DNA of 64,000 bases from Gemmatimonadales bacterium (lineage in GTDB: Bacteria > Gemmatimonadota > Gemmatimonadetes > Gemmatimonadales > GWC2-71-9): contig OZ252244.1 of the NCBI GenBank assembly GCA_965249575.1, positions 1,152,001 through 1,216,000 on the forward strand. The letters run 5' to 3'. The notes under the pieces were generated by a model. It had not been told where the DNA came from. It saw nothing but the letters and a program-made list of their open reading frames with translations, and did no database searches. Below, piece by piece: positions 8,992 through 18,726 of this stretch. A program made the position numbers and the translations under genes. Position 1 is the stretch's first letter; the number at the start of each line of letters is the position of its first letter.

Positions 8992-9579
8992 ATGGCAGCG
9001 AAAAGAAAGAAAAGGGCAGCGAAGAAGAAGGTGAAGCGCAAGGTCAAGAAGACCGCATCGCGGAAGAAGGCCGCCAGAAGAAAACCGGCGCGCAAGAAGG
9101 CCGCTAGGAGAAAGCCAGCGAAGAAGAAGGCGGCTAGGAGAAAGCCGGCGCGGAAGAAAGCCACCCGGCGGAAGAAGGCGACACGACGGAAGACGACGCG
9201 CAGAAAGACCACGCGACGCAAGACAGCCCGCAAGAAGCCGACGCGTCGGAAAGCTGCGCGGAAGAAACCCGCCAGGAAGAAGGCGGCAAAACGAGCCAAG
9301 AAGTCGAGGAGGAAAGTGAAATCCAAACGCAAGCCCAACGCGGCGTTCATGAAGCCGATGCAGCCGGACGCGGCATTGTCCGCGGTGGTCGGCACCAAGC
9401 CGATTCCGCGAACAGAAGTGACGAAGAAGCTGTGGGCCTACATTAAGCGAAAGGGCCTGCAGGACAGCAAGAACCGGCGGATGATCAACGCGGACGCAAA
9501 CCTGAAGCCGGTGTTCAACGGTAGGTCGCAGGTCAGCATGTTTGAGATGACGAAGTTGGTCAACCGCCATTTCGAGTAG
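8992..9579 (+). CDS. Histone H1-like Lys/Arg/Ala-rich protein fused to a SWIB/MDM2 domain
   Basis: About 110 aa of KKAARRKPAR-type repeats, then AFMKPMQPDAALSAVVG...RTEVTKKLWAYIK...LQD..NRRMINADANLKPVF...VSMFEMTKLVNRH. Confidence 0.9.
   Translation: MAAKRKKRAAKKKVKRKVKKTASRKKAARRKPARKKAARRKPAKKKAARRKPARKKATRRKKATRRKTTRRKTTRRKTARKKPTRRKAARKKPARKKAAKRAKKSRRKVKSKRKPNAAFMKPMQPDAALSAVVGTKPIPRTEVTKKLWAYIKRKGLQDSKNRRMINADANLKPVFNGRSQVSMFEMTKLVNRHFE
9064..9288 (+). repeat. Degenerate coding tandem repeats (10-aa KKAARRKPAR and 5-aa RKTTR-like units)
   Basis: Seen in the translation and as recurring aagaaggc units. Confidence 0.8.
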
Positions 9580-9706
9580 CAGAAAGGGAGTTGCGGTACA
9601 GCAGGGCTTCCTAGGAAGTCATCCAGCCCCGTAGGGGGGGTCGGCGCGCTCGCCGACCCCCAACGAGGCCCCCCCGTCACGGCACTCCGCTCCCAACCGG
9701 ACTACC

Positions 9707-10318
9707 TCAAAACAACTTGAGCTGGACGACCGGAGTGAACGACGTGCGGTGGTGCTTCGTCGGTCCTTGATGATCGAGCGCCGCGAGGTGATCGGCGGTC
9801 GCATATCCCTTGTTGGCATCCCACCCGAAGGCGGGATATCGCCGACCCAGCAGCGACATCAAGCGATCCCGAACGACCTTCGCGATGACGGACGCGGCGG
9901 CGATCGTGAGGCAGGAGCCGTCGCCCTTGACCAGCGCCTCGTGACGCCCCAGCTCCGGTAGTGGGGCGCCGTCGATGAGGACGTAGTCGGGTTCCACGCC
10001 AAGGCGGGCCAAGGTGCGCCGCATGGCGAGAATGGTTGCGCGCCGGATGTTGATGCGGTCGATCTCGCGAACGGACGCCGCGGCAACCGACCACGCCAGC
10101 GCGCTCGCGCGGATCGCCGTCGCGACACGCTCTCGTTGGAGGGCGGTCATCTGCTTCGAATCGCGGAGATCGTCGATGACCTGCTGCGCGGGCCGGAAGA
10201 CGACCGCGGCGGCGACGACGGGTCCGGCAATCGGACCGCGCCCCACCTCGTCGACACCCGCAACGAACTTGCGTCCCGCCGCCCAGAGAGCGTTCTCACG
10301 CTCAAGCGTCGGGGTCAC
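9707..10318 (-). CDS. rnhB: Ribonuclease HII
   Basis: AGVDEVGRGPIAGPV, DSK, KGD, IAAASVIAKV and NKGY motifs. Confidence 0.97.
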   Translation of the reverse strand: MTPTLERENALWAAGRKFVAGVDEVGRGPIAGPVVAAAVVFRPAQQVIDDLRDSKQMTALQRERVATAIRASALAWSVAAASVREIDRINIRRATILAMRRTLARLGVEPDYVLIDGAPLPELGRHEALVKGDGSCLTIAAASVIAKVVRDRLMSLLGRRYPAFGWDANKGYATADHLAALDHQGPTKHHRTSFTPVVQLKLF

Positions 10319-10322
10319 GACC

Positions 10323-10670
10323 TTACTTCTCTTTGCGCTCCCGAATCCGTGCGGCCTTGCCGGCGAGTTTCCGAAGGTAGTAGAGCTTCGCGCGCCTTAC
10401 CCGCCCACGTCGAACCACGTTGATGCCAGAGAGGCTCGGGGAATGTACGGGGAAGATCCGCTCGACTCCAACGCCGCCGGATACCTTGCGCACTGTGAAT
10501 GTTTCGCTGATACCCGCGCCCCTGCGCCCGATACACACTCCCTCGAAAGCCTGCAGCCGCTCCTTCTCACCCTCGCGAACTCGAACCATTACCCGAACCG
10601 TGTCGCCGGGATCGAAGGCAGGGAGGTCGTCGCGCAGGCCTTCACGCTGGATATCCGATAACTGCGTCAT
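10323..10670 (-). CDS. rplS: 50S ribosomal protein L19
   Basis: PGDTVRV...KERLQAFEG...[18 protein letters not shown]...[10 protein letters not shown]. Confidence 0.98.
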   Translation of the reverse strand: MTQLSDIQREGLRDDLPAFDPGDTVRVMVRVREGEKERLQAFEGVCIGRRGAGISETFTVRKVSGGVGVERIFPVHSPSLSGINVVRRGRVRRAKLYYLRKLAGKAARIRERKEK

Positions 10671-10686
10671 GGTGTTCCTCGTTCCT

Positions 10687-11388
10687 CTATGGCCCTGCGG
10701 GCTCCTGTTCGTCCAGGTAACGCGCCCAGAGATCCGGACGTCGTTGTTTCGTCAGCCGTTCGGCCTCGGCTCGGCGCCACGCGACGATCTTCGCGTGGTC
10801 GCCCCGAACGAGGACATCGGGAACCGCCAGGCCCCGGTAGCGCGGCGGCCTCGTGTAACTAGGGGGGCTGAGCAGGCCGTCATAGAATGAATCCGTCGCG
10901 GCCGACTCGTGGTCACCGAGCGCTCCTGGGAGCAAACGGACCACCGCGTCGATCACGACGAGCGCAGCGACCTCTCCGCCCGACAACACGAACTCCCCCA
11001 CCGATATCTCCTCGACTCCTTCGCGCTCCGTCACGCGTGCGTCGATGTCCTTGTAGTGACCGCACAGCAGCGTCAACTCGCTCTCCAGGCTGAGCCGCAC
11101 GGCATCCTGATGCCGGAACGGCGCGCCGCGGGCTGACAGCAAAACGACCGGCCCACTCGGATCGACCTCGTCCAGCGCCTCGAAGAACGGCTCGGGCTTC
11201 AGCACCATTCCCGCTCCACCACCGTATGCATAGTCATCGACCGTACGGTGCCGGTCACGGGTGTGCTCGCGCAGGTCGACCGTACGGTACACGACGAGTG
11301 CAGCGTGCTCCGCCCGCCCCAGCACGCTCGTTCGGAGCGGCTCCCGAAAAAACTCCGGGAAGAGCGTGACGACGTTGATTCGGAGCAC
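10687..11388 (-). CDS. trmD: tRNA (guanine-N1)-methyltransferase
   Basis: [29 protein letters not shown] and YTRP motifs; synteny. Confidence 0.97.
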   Translation of the reverse strand: MLRINVVTLFPEFFREPLRTSVLGRAEHAALVVYRTVDLREHTRDRHRTVDDYAYGGGAGMVLKPEPFFEALDEVDPSGPVVLLSARGAPFRHQDAVRLSLESELTLLCGHYKDIDARVTEREGVEEISVGEFVLSGGEVAALVVIDAVVRLLPGALGDHESAATDSFYDGLLSPPSYTRPPRYRGLAVPDVLVRGDHAKIVAWRRAEAERLTKQRRPDLWARYLDEQEPAGP

Positions 11389-11390
11389 CG

Positions 11391-11939
11391 TTACAAATCC
11401 AATAGCCCCGGCGGAGGGTCTATCTCGATGCGCCGGGCCGCTCGATCGACGCTCAGCACGATCGGTTTCCTGAACGGAATCAGGTGGTCTCCCGAATCGC
11501 CCCGGACTTCCAGAAGCTCGCCGCCCGGCACCGAGGTGAGACGACGCGCGACTCCGATCACCTGCCCGTGCGCCACGACTTCGACTCCCGCGATCTCGTG
11601 TACGTACATCTGCTCTTTACCTGGCGGCTGTAACTCCCTTTGCGGAACACCCAGGATTGCCTGCCGCCAGGTGTCCGCCGTGTCGCGGTCTTCGACCGTC
11701 TCCAGCTTCAGCAGCCATTGCCGCTGAAACGGCCGGCTGCGCTCGATCACGACCGGCTCGCCGACCCGGTGCCCCTCTTCGTTCAGCGGGGACAGCGCGC
11801 AGCCGGTCGCGAGGACTGCGGTGGGCTCGTCCGTGAGCACCCACACGGCTAACTCGCCCTTCAGCCCGTGCGGCTTCTGGACCCGGGCAACCGCGAGATA
11901 CGTGTCCTGGTCGATACGCTCAGCTTCCCGCCGGGGCAT
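11391..11939 (-). CDS. rimM: Ribosome maturation factor RimM
   Basis: KPHGLKGE, LIPF and DPPPGLL; lies between rpsP and trmD. Confidence 0.95.
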   Translation of the reverse strand: MPRREAERIDQDTYLAVARVQKPHGLKGELAVWVLTDEPTAVLATGCALSPLNEEGHRVGEPVVIERSRPFQRQWLLKLETVEDRDTADTWRQAILGVPQRELQPPGKEQMYVHEIAGVEVVAHGQVIGVARRLTSVPGGELLEVRGDSGDHLIPFRKPIVLSVDRAARRIEIDPPPGLLDL

Positions 11940-12180
11940 TGAAGACTCCGGCTTTCTTCAGGAGCGACCGTACCGTATCACTTGGGGTCGCGCCCCGGGC
12001 CAACCACTCTCGCGCCTTCTCAGCATTCACTTCGAGCGTGACCGGCGTCGATCGCGGGTTGTAGTGGCCGAGCGTCTCGATGGACATCCCACTCCCAGTC
12101 GATTCCCGCTCCGCCACGACAATACGGTATGTCGGCTGTCCCTTCCGGCCGATTCGGCGCAGACGAATACGTGTTGGCAT
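11920..12180 (-). CDS. rpsP: 30S ribosomal protein S16
   Basis: IRLRRIG..QPTYRIVVA...IETLGHYNP...WLARGATPSDTV. Confidence 0.97.
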   Translation of the reverse strand: MPTRIRLRRIGRKGQPTYRIVVAERESTGSGMSIETLGHYNPRSTPVTLEVNAEKAREWLARGATPSDTVRSLLKKAGVFNAPAGS

Positions 12181-12188
12181 GTCCGGTG

Positions 12189-13514
12189 CTATCCTCCCAA
12201 TTGCTGAAAGCTGCGCTTCCCCATTCCCTGCATCATCCGCTTCATCTGATCGAACTGGTTGATCAGCGAGTTCACTTCCTGAACCGTGCGCCCAGCCCCC
12301 CGCGCGATTCGCAATCGGCGGGAGCCGTTCAGGATATCAGGCCGCCGGCGCTCTTCGGGCGTCATGGAGAGCACGATAGCCTCGATGTGCTTGATCCGCT
12401 TCGGATCGACCTTCGCCTGCTTGAGCGCTTGGGCGTTGACTCCTGGCAACATGCCGAGCAGCGACTCCAACGGGCCCATGCCCTGTACCTGCCGCATCGC
12501 TGACAGGAAGTCCTCGAGGTCCATGCCCCGTTTCGAGGCCGCCCGTTTGGCGACTCTCGTCGCCTCCTCCGCGTCGACTGCCAGCTGCGCGCGCTCCACC
12601 AACCCCACGATGTCACCACGCTGTAGGATTCGTCCCGCCATGCTCTCTGGGTCGAACGTCTCGAGCGCGTCGAGCCGCTCTCCGACTCCGACGAACTTGA
12701 TCGGTGCGCCGGTCACACCGAAGATCGATAGAGCCGCCCCGCCCCGGGCGTCGCCGTCGAGCTTCGTGAGAATCACGCCGGTGAGGTCCAGTGCCTCGTT
12801 GAATCCCTGGGCGATCCGCACCGCGTCCTGCCCGGTCATGGAATCGGCCACCAGGAGAATCTCGTGGGGCTTGACCGCATCCTTCAAGCGTCGGAGTTCG
12901 GTCATCATCTCTTCATCGACCTGGAGCCGGCCGGCCGTGTCGATGAGCACGGTCCGCGCCCTGGCGTGCCCCGCCGACTTGATTCCCTCTTGCACCAGCG
13001 ACAGAACATCGCCGTCGGATCCGTGATCGGAAGGGCCGAACACCGGCACATCAATCGAACGTCCCAACTGCCGGAGTTGCTCTTCTGCCGCTGGGCGATA
13101 AACGTCCGCGGCCACCAGGAACGGAGCTTTTTGTTCCCGCTTGAGCCGCGCCGCCAGCTTGGCCCCCGTCGTGGTTTTGCCGGATCCCTGGAGTCCGACC
13201 AGGAATACCACGGTCGGAGGCACCGAGGCAAATCCGATTGGTGCGCGCTTTTCCCCCAGCACCGACACCAACTCGTCGTGCACGATCTTGACGAGCTGCT
13301 CCCCGGGGTTCACGGCCTTGACCCGATCGAGCCCCACCGCGCGCCCCCGGACCCGCTCCACAAAAGAACGGCTGATCTCGACGCTCACGTCCGCTTCGAG
13401 GAGCGCGCGGCGGATCTCCCGGAGCCCATCGGTAATGGCCTGCTCCGTGAGCACCCCGCGACTCGCCAGCCCCTTGAGGACACCGGTGAGCCGTGCCGAC
13501 AGAGTGGACAGCAT
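12189..13514 (-). CDS. ffh: Signal recognition particle protein Ffh
   Basis: GLQGSGKTT, DTAGR, TKLDGDARGGAALS; M domain SMTPEER. Confidence 0.98.
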   Translation of the reverse strand: MLSTLSARLTGVLKGLASRGVLTEQAITDGLREIRRALLEADVSVEISRSFVERVRGRAVGLDRVKAVNPGEQLVKIVHDELVSVLGEKRAPIGFASVPPTVVFLVGLQGSGKTTTGAKLAARLKREQKAPFLVAADVYRPAAEEQLRQLGRSIDVPVFGPSDHGSDGDVLSLVQEGIKSAGHARARTVLIDTAGRLQVDEEMMTELRRLKDAVKPHEILLVADSMTGQDAVRIAQGFNEALDLTGVILTKLDGDARGGAALSIFGVTGAPIKFVGVGERLDALETFDPESMAGRILQRGDIVGLVERAQLAVDAEEATRVAKRAASKRGMDLEDFLSAMRQVQGMGPLESLLGMLPGVNAQALKQAKVDPKRIKHIEAIVLSMTPEERRRPDILNGSRRLRIARGAGRTVQEVNSLINQFDQMKRMMQGMGKRSFQQLGG

Positions 13515-13606
13515 AGCCTTCTAATATAGATGTGGGGAGGAGCGCGGCCAACTGAGGGGAAGCTGGCGGCCGCGACGGGGGGAGGAACCGGGGGCGATAC
13601 GGCCGC

Positions 13607-14935
13607 CTACTGCACGCTCTCGCTCCCGGCCATCTGCGCCGGTGGGGCCTGGCCCTCCGTCAGGGGGAACAAATCCTCTCCCTCCGACCGCGCCACGAAC
13701 GAAGCCGCGGAGAGATCTCCCGTCACGTTCACTGCCGTACGGCACATGTCCAGGATCCGGTCCACGCCCAGAATCAACGCGATTCCCGTTTCCGGCACCT
13801 GAGCCTGCTGTAAGACGATCGCGAGCGTCACGATCCCGGAGCTTGGCACGCCCGCGGCTCCAATGGACGCCAGGGTCGCGGTCAAGACCACGGCGAGCTG
13901 AGCGGTCCACGGAAGGTCGATGCCGAACACCTGGGCGATGAACATGACGGCTACTCCCTGGTACAGGGCCGTACCGTCCATGTTGATCGTAGCGCCGAGG
14001 GGGAGGACGAAGCTGGAAACGCGGCTCGAGACGCCCAAATTTTCCTGCGCGATCTTCATCGTCACTGGAAGGGCGGCGTTCGAGCTCGACGTCGAGAACG
14101 CAAGGACCTGCGCGCCCCGAATGACGGGGTAGAAACGCAGTGGATTCACGCGCGCGAGAAACCGTAGCGCGAGGCCGTACGTACCAAAGGCGTGCAAGCC
14201 GAGGCCGACCAAGACCGTCACGCTGTAGACCAGGAGGGATCGGAGGATGTCGAAGCCGAATCGCGCCGTGATCGCGGCGATCAGCGCGAAGACCGCATAC
14301 GGGGCTAGCTTCATGATCCAAAGGATCATCGTCATCGAGACTTCATTGACCGCTTCGAAGAACCCCAGTAGCGACCGTTTCCGCTCCGGAGCGAGAATTG
14401 CGGCCGCCGCGCCGAACAGGAGCGTGAACATGATGAGCGGGAGCATGTCCCCTTCGGCCGCGGCGGCGAAGGGATTCGACGGGATGATCGAGAGCAGGAG
14501 GTCCACGATGCCCGGCGCATCCTGGGCCAGCGTTACGTGACCCTGCACGTCGCCGCCATAGGCGTCGAGCAGGGCGGTTTTCGCGTCTTCCGGAATGCCG
14601 CTGCCGGGTTTCACCAAATTGGAAAGCACCAATCCGATGGTGACCGCGACCGCCGTCGTCGCGAGGTAGTAAAGCACCGTCTTGCCACCCACCCTCCCGA
14701 GGGTGCGGAGATCTCCCAGGCTCGCTGCGCCGACGACCAGACTCGCGACGACCAGCGGAATGACAACCATAGTGATGAGACGAATGAACGCGACGCCAGC
14801 GGGCTCGAGTTGCCGCAGGACGTCCACCGGCGCGGTGAATCCGGTCGAGGCAGCCACCAGATTGGCGCCCACTCCCGCCACTGCCCCCGCGAGCAGTCCG
14901 ATCGAGATCTTCGTGTGTAGCCGCATTCTCACCAC
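13607..14935 (-). CDS. Dicarboxylate/amino acid:cation symporter (GltP/DctA family)
   Basis: AFSTSSSNAALP, GATINMDGTALY and DRILDMCRTAVNVTGD. Confidence 0.95.
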   Translation of the reverse strand: MVRMRLHTKISIGLLAGAVAGVGANLVAASTGFTAPVDVLRQLEPAGVAFIRLITMVVIPLVVASLVVGAASLGDLRTLGRVGGKTVLYYLATTAVAVTIGLVLSNLVKPGSGIPEDAKTALLDAYGGDVQGHVTLAQDAPGIVDLLLSIIPSNPFAAAAEGDMLPLIMFTLLFGAAAAILAPERKRSLLGFFEAVNEVSMTMILWIMKLAPYAVFALIAAITARFGFDILRSLLVYSVTVLVGLGLHAFGTYGLALRFLARVNPLRFYPVIRGAQVLAFSTSSSNAALPVTMKIAQENLGVSSRVSSFVLPLGATINMDGTALYQGVAVMFIAQVFGIDLPWTAQLAVVLTATLASIGAAGVPSSGIVTLAIVLQQAQVPETGIALILGVDRILDMCRTAVNVTGDLSAASFVARSEGEDLFPLTEGQAPPAQMAGSESVQ

Positions 14936-14958
14936 CTTACACTCTGACGGGACCGGAA

Positions 14959-16524
14959 GTGCCGACTGATTCGGCCTGGCTCCAGGCGGCCATCACGATC
15001 GGTTTCGGGGCGCTCGCGGGTGGCATCACCAACGCGCTCGCGATCTGGATGCTCTTCCACCCGTACACGGCGCGCGGGTTGGGCCGCTTCAAGATACACG
15101 GCGCGATCCCCAAAAACCGGGCTCGGCTCGCGAAAACCATTGGGCGCACGGTCGGCCAGCGGCTGATCACCTCGGAGGACCTCGGCCGCCAGTTGAGCGC
15201 GCCGGAAATCCGCGCGGCCTTCGATCGAGCGGTCGGGAAGTTCGTCGCCGAGATCATCGAGCCCGAGCGTGGCTCGCTGCGACAGGAGCTGCCTCAGGGC
15301 CTGTACGCTGAGATCGCGCGCGCGCTCGAAGCCGTGGCCCCCGCGATCGCCGACCGGTTCATAGAGTTCGCCTCCACGGACGAGTTCACGGCCGCGGTCG
15401 GCAGGGGGCTCGAGCGAGCCGCGGAGGAGTGGGCCGACCGACCAGTGGGCGAGGTGCTGACGACCGAGCGCCGAGCCGCGATGCGCGAGCGAGTCGAACA
15501 GTGGGTCGCGAACGCGGTGTCGAGCGAGGACCTCGACCGAACGATCGGTGGCTGGATCGATCGGCAGCTCGAGACCCTGGCGGCCGACCGCAACCCGTTG
15601 CTGGATCGGCTGCCAGCGGGCCTCGTGGGAGCCGTTGAGAGGGCGATCGCCAATTACTTACCGGTCGCCCTGGAGCGTCTCGCGGCGGTGCTCGCCGATC
15701 CCGACGCGAGGCTCCGTATCGAGCGCGCGCTGCACAAACTCTTCGAGCGCTTCGTGCAGGACCTTCTCATCCATCAGCGGATCGTGGCTCGATTGGTCGT
15801 GACTGAGAGGACCATCGCGCGTCTCCTCGAGAACTTCGAGAAAGAAGGAGTGGATGAGCTCGCTCGTCTCCTGGACGAGCCGGAGATGCGGGCGCACGTG
15901 GCGCGAAGCGTTAACGACGCCGTCGTGAAGTTCCTCCGCAAGCCGTTGGCCGATCATCTCCAGGCCTTGGGAACCGAGCGGGTCCGAGGGCTGCGATCGA
16001 CCGCCACCGGATACGTTGCCGCCGCCCTCCGTGACGAAGCCACGCGAGGCTACGCCATAGAGCGACTGGACCACGCGCTGTTGGGAAACGAGCAGCGTAC
16101 GTGGGGTGACCTGTGGCGCCACCTCCCGCGCGAGCGCGCCGCGTCTTGGATTGCACAGGCGCTCGCGAGCCCGGCCCCGCGGCAATGGATCGCCGAGGGC
16201 ACGCAGTCGGCGATCACCTACCTGATGGACCGCCCGATAGGCAGCCCGTCGGCCTGGCTTCCCGAGGACAGCTCGCGGCGGATCACCGAGGCCCTGGCCC
16301 CGGTGTTGTGGGAATGGATTCAGCGCCAGGTGCCGGTTGTGGTGGAACAGGTGGATGTCGCCACCATGGTCGAGCACAAAGTGCTGGCGTTCTCACTCGC
16401 GCGGGTCGAAGAGCTGGTTCGCTCCACGACACAACGAGAGCTCGATCTGATCGTGAAGCTAGGTTACCTGTTGGGAGCCATCGTGGGATCGGCGGCTTTC
16501 GCCACCACCAGGCTGCTCGCCTAG
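14959..16524 (+). CDS. DUF445 family membrane-anchored protein
   Basis: GGITNALAIWMLFHP at the N-terminus and ELDLIVKLGYLLGAIVG at the C-terminus. Confidence 0.85.
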   Translation: MPTDSAWLQAAITIGFGALAGGITNALAIWMLFHPYTARGLGRFKIHGAIPKNRARLAKTIGRTVGQRLITSEDLGRQLSAPEIRAAFDRAVGKFVAEIIEPERGSLRQELPQGLYAEIARALEAVAPAIADRFIEFASTDEFTAAVGRGLERAAEEWADRPVGEVLTTERRAAMRERVEQWVANAVSSEDLDRTIGGWIDRQLETLAADRNPLLDRLPAGLVGAVERAIANYLPVALERLAAVLADPDARLRIERALHKLFERFVQDLLIHQRIVARLVVTERTIARLLENFEKEGVDELARLLDEPEMRAHVARSVNDAVVKFLRKPLADHLQALGTERVRGLRSTATGYVAAALRDEATRGYAIERLDHALLGNEQRTWGDLWRHLPRERAASWIAQALASPAPRQWIAEGTQSAITYLMDRPIGSPSAWLPEDSSRRITEALAPVLWEWIQRQVPVVVEQVDVATMVEHKVLAFSLARVEELVRSTTQRELDLIVKLGYLLGAIVGSAAFATTRLLA

Positions 16525-16534
16525 CCGGTCGACC

Positions 16535-17725
16535 TCACCGCACTTGCACCCGAGGGAGTTTCTTCCAGCCAGCCCAGTCCAACGGAGCGTCTACCAGCCG
16601 GACTCCGGCATGTCCATCGATGGCCATCTGCTCCACGACGTGCCGGCGCCCGGTTTTCGAAAGCTTGCCCCACTCCCGTCCGATCAAGTTCGCAAACCGT
16701 GCTGCGATCGGCTCGGTATCCCAGACCGTCCACCACACGAGAGCGAACCCGGCCTTTGCCTCGAACACCGCGTACCGGTCGCCCCCCCACCCAAGGGCAC
16801 CCGTGGCCCCCACCGACTCGCTCCCGCTCAACCCCGTGAGCAAGATGCGAGTCTCGAACTCCCCCAAGTTGTCCCGATAGATGGGATCATCGCCGATCAC
16901 GTGGAGATCGACGGGTCGGTCGCCCTTGAAGTAGTGCTCAGGATGAAGAATCTGCTCGGTGGAAGTGGGCAGGCGGGGCCCGAACGGAACCGTGTCCCGA
17001 TAGTTAGAGGCGAACCACCGAGCGAAGTCAGCCCCGGCCAAATATGGGAAGATCAGTCCTTCCCGGATCACCAGTGGCGCGGACGCGAGGACCGGCATCT
17101 GCAGCTGTTGGGCGCGAACCGTCGTGCGGTACTCCTGCCAGAAATCCCCCATCGCGCTCAGGTCTTGATCTGGCATCAGCGCGATCAGCGAGGCCAGCGT
17201 CGCCTGCCCCTCCATGACCGCCTGCGCGGCGGCCTTCCGGTCGTTCTCGTGCCGGATCGACAGGATCGAATCCAACGCGACGTATTGTCCCTGGAGCGCA
17301 TGGACCAGCTCGTGCGCCAGCACCACGCGCAGCTGGAAAGGGTCGGTCCCCTCGACGACGTAAAGCATGCTCGAATCGGGATCGAAATAGCCGACGACTT
17401 GCTCGGTATAGAGGGCCAGCAGCAGCGAACGTAGATCCAGTGTGTCGGGGATGAAGCCAAAGAGCCTGTAGGCAATCGAGACGCGCTCGAGCTCGTCCGG
17501 CGGAAAATCCGAGTCGAGCTTTCGGGTCAGGTAGCCATGGACCTCGCTGCGGGACCGTACCGCGATGCTCGGCGGTTCCTTGAACGGAAGCCCGACGGCG
17601 CGCTCCACCCTCGGGATGACCTGCTCGGCCATGACGTGGATCTGGTTCTTATCCTGTGTTTGTTCCCTCGTACAGCCACTAGCGAGCAGAGCCGCGAGAA
17701 GACCGATAGACGACAAGATGTGCAT
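16535..17725 (-). CDS. Putative zinc-metallopeptidase-like lipoprotein
   Basis: LLASGC lipobox; VLAHELVHALQ (HExxH), EGQA, FPYLAG and STEQILHP. Confidence 0.75.
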   Translation of the reverse strand: MHILSSIGLLAALLASGCTREQTQDKNQIHVMAEQVIPRVERAVGLPFKEPPSIAVRSRSEVHGYLTRKLDSDFPPDELERVSIAYRLFGFIPDTLDLRSLLLALYTEQVVGYFDPDSSMLYVVEGTDPFQLRVVLAHELVHALQGQYVALDSILSIRHENDRKAAAQAVMEGQATLASLIALMPDQDLSAMGDFWQEYRTTVRAQQLQMPVLASAPLVIREGLIFPYLAGADFARWFASNYRDTVPFGPRLPTSTEQILHPEHYFKGDRPVDLHVIGDDPIYRDNLGEFETRILLTGLSGSESVGATGALGWGGDRYAVFEAKAGFALVWWTVWDTEPIAARFANLIGREWGKLSKTGRRHVVEQMAIDGHAGVRLVDAPLDWAGWKKLPRVQVR

Positions 17726-17811
17726 TTCCCTGGGGTCGCAGTTCGAATGGCGGCGCGCTGCCGCGCTGAATTGGTGCCTAGGATACCCCACAATAAGTAG
17801 AAGGTCCCAAA

Positions 17812-17842
17812 GAAACGACCCCGGCCGTTGAGGTCCGGGGTC
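17812..17842 (-). terminator. Probable intrinsic terminator after the DUF4097 genes
   Basis: Imperfect GACCCCGG...CCGGGGTC stem followed on the minus strand by GTTTCTTT. Confidence 0.55.
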
Positions 17843-17876
17843 ACCCACGCGGTGGGCCTGATGCAGAGGTTTGCTG

Positions 17877-18713
17877 CTAGGAACCCCTGAGCAGAGAGAT
17901 CCCACCATTGACCGTTGAGAGATCCAGCACCGGGCCACCGCTTCCGATGGTCCCGGAAACCTGGCGTGGTCCGAACCGGCCGGTCACCGTCACGGGAAAG
18001 TCAAACTCCATGTCACCATTGACCGTCTTGGCTCGTACCTCCGCTCCGACGTCGGCGGGAAGCCTGAGCGCAATCCGGCCGTTGACGGTCGAGAACTCGA
18101 GCCCAGCCGGCCAATCGGACCGCCCCAACGATGCCTCGATGGAGCCGTTGACCGTGGACGCCTCCGCGAGTCCTCTGGTCGAGAGCTCGATATCGCCATT
18201 TACTGTCCGAGCGAGCACGTCGCTGTCAAGCGATTCTGCCAGCACGTCGCCATTGACGGTCCGCCCCGCGAACCGAACGCCACGAGGCACGCGCACCGTG
18301 AACCGCACGCGTACGTCGTTGTTCTCACTATTCATGTGTCCGTCGTCGCCGGCGCCGCACTCGTTTGACCGGCCGCGTCGCGCACTCGGGTACAGCGCAC
18401 AAATCGTCACACCGCCCTCGTGCTCGAGCACCTCGATCGACACGTCATCGGGGTCGCTCCGGCTGGACCGCTTCGCCGCGATGACCTCGACATGATCGTC
18501 GTCTGACGGCTCAGCCGTAACGTCCCCATTGACACCCTTGATTTCAATCGTCTTCCCGGAAGCCAAACGGCCGCGCCACTGGAACTCTCCTTGACTCTGC
18601 TCGAATTGGAGCGGCGCCAGTCCGATGTCAGAGCGAAGATTCATATTGTCGGACGTGCTAATGGCGGCGCCAACCGCTGCCACCGCGACTCCCAGGGCAG
18701 TGATGCCTCTCAT
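17877..18713 (-). CDS. DUF4097 (putative adhesin) beta-repeat protein
   Basis: Repeated TVNG motifs; signal peptide. Confidence 0.85.
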   Translation of the reverse strand: MRGITALGVAVAAVGAAISTSDNMNLRSDIGLAPLQFEQSQGEFQWRGRLASGKTIEIKGVNGDVTAEPSDDDHVEVIAAKRSSRSDPDDVSIEVLEHEGGVTICALYPSARRGRSNECGAGDDGHMNSENNDVRVRFTVRVPRGVRFAGRTVNGDVLAESLDSDVLARTVNGDIELSTRGLAEASTVNGSIEASLGRSDWPAGLEFSTVNGRIALRLPADVGAEVRAKTVNGDMEFDFPVTVTGRFGPRQVSGTIGSGGPVLDLSTVNGGISLLRGS

Positions 18714-18726
18714 AATCGGTAGGCTC

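Noticed and set aside
9064..9288. CRISPR array
   Set aside because: Repeats are degenerate, in-frame and coding, with no unique spacers and no cas genes
9586..9694. SRP RNA (ffs) downstream of the ffh operon
   Set aside because: The helix-8 motif (CAGG-GNRA-AGCA) is not found on either strand
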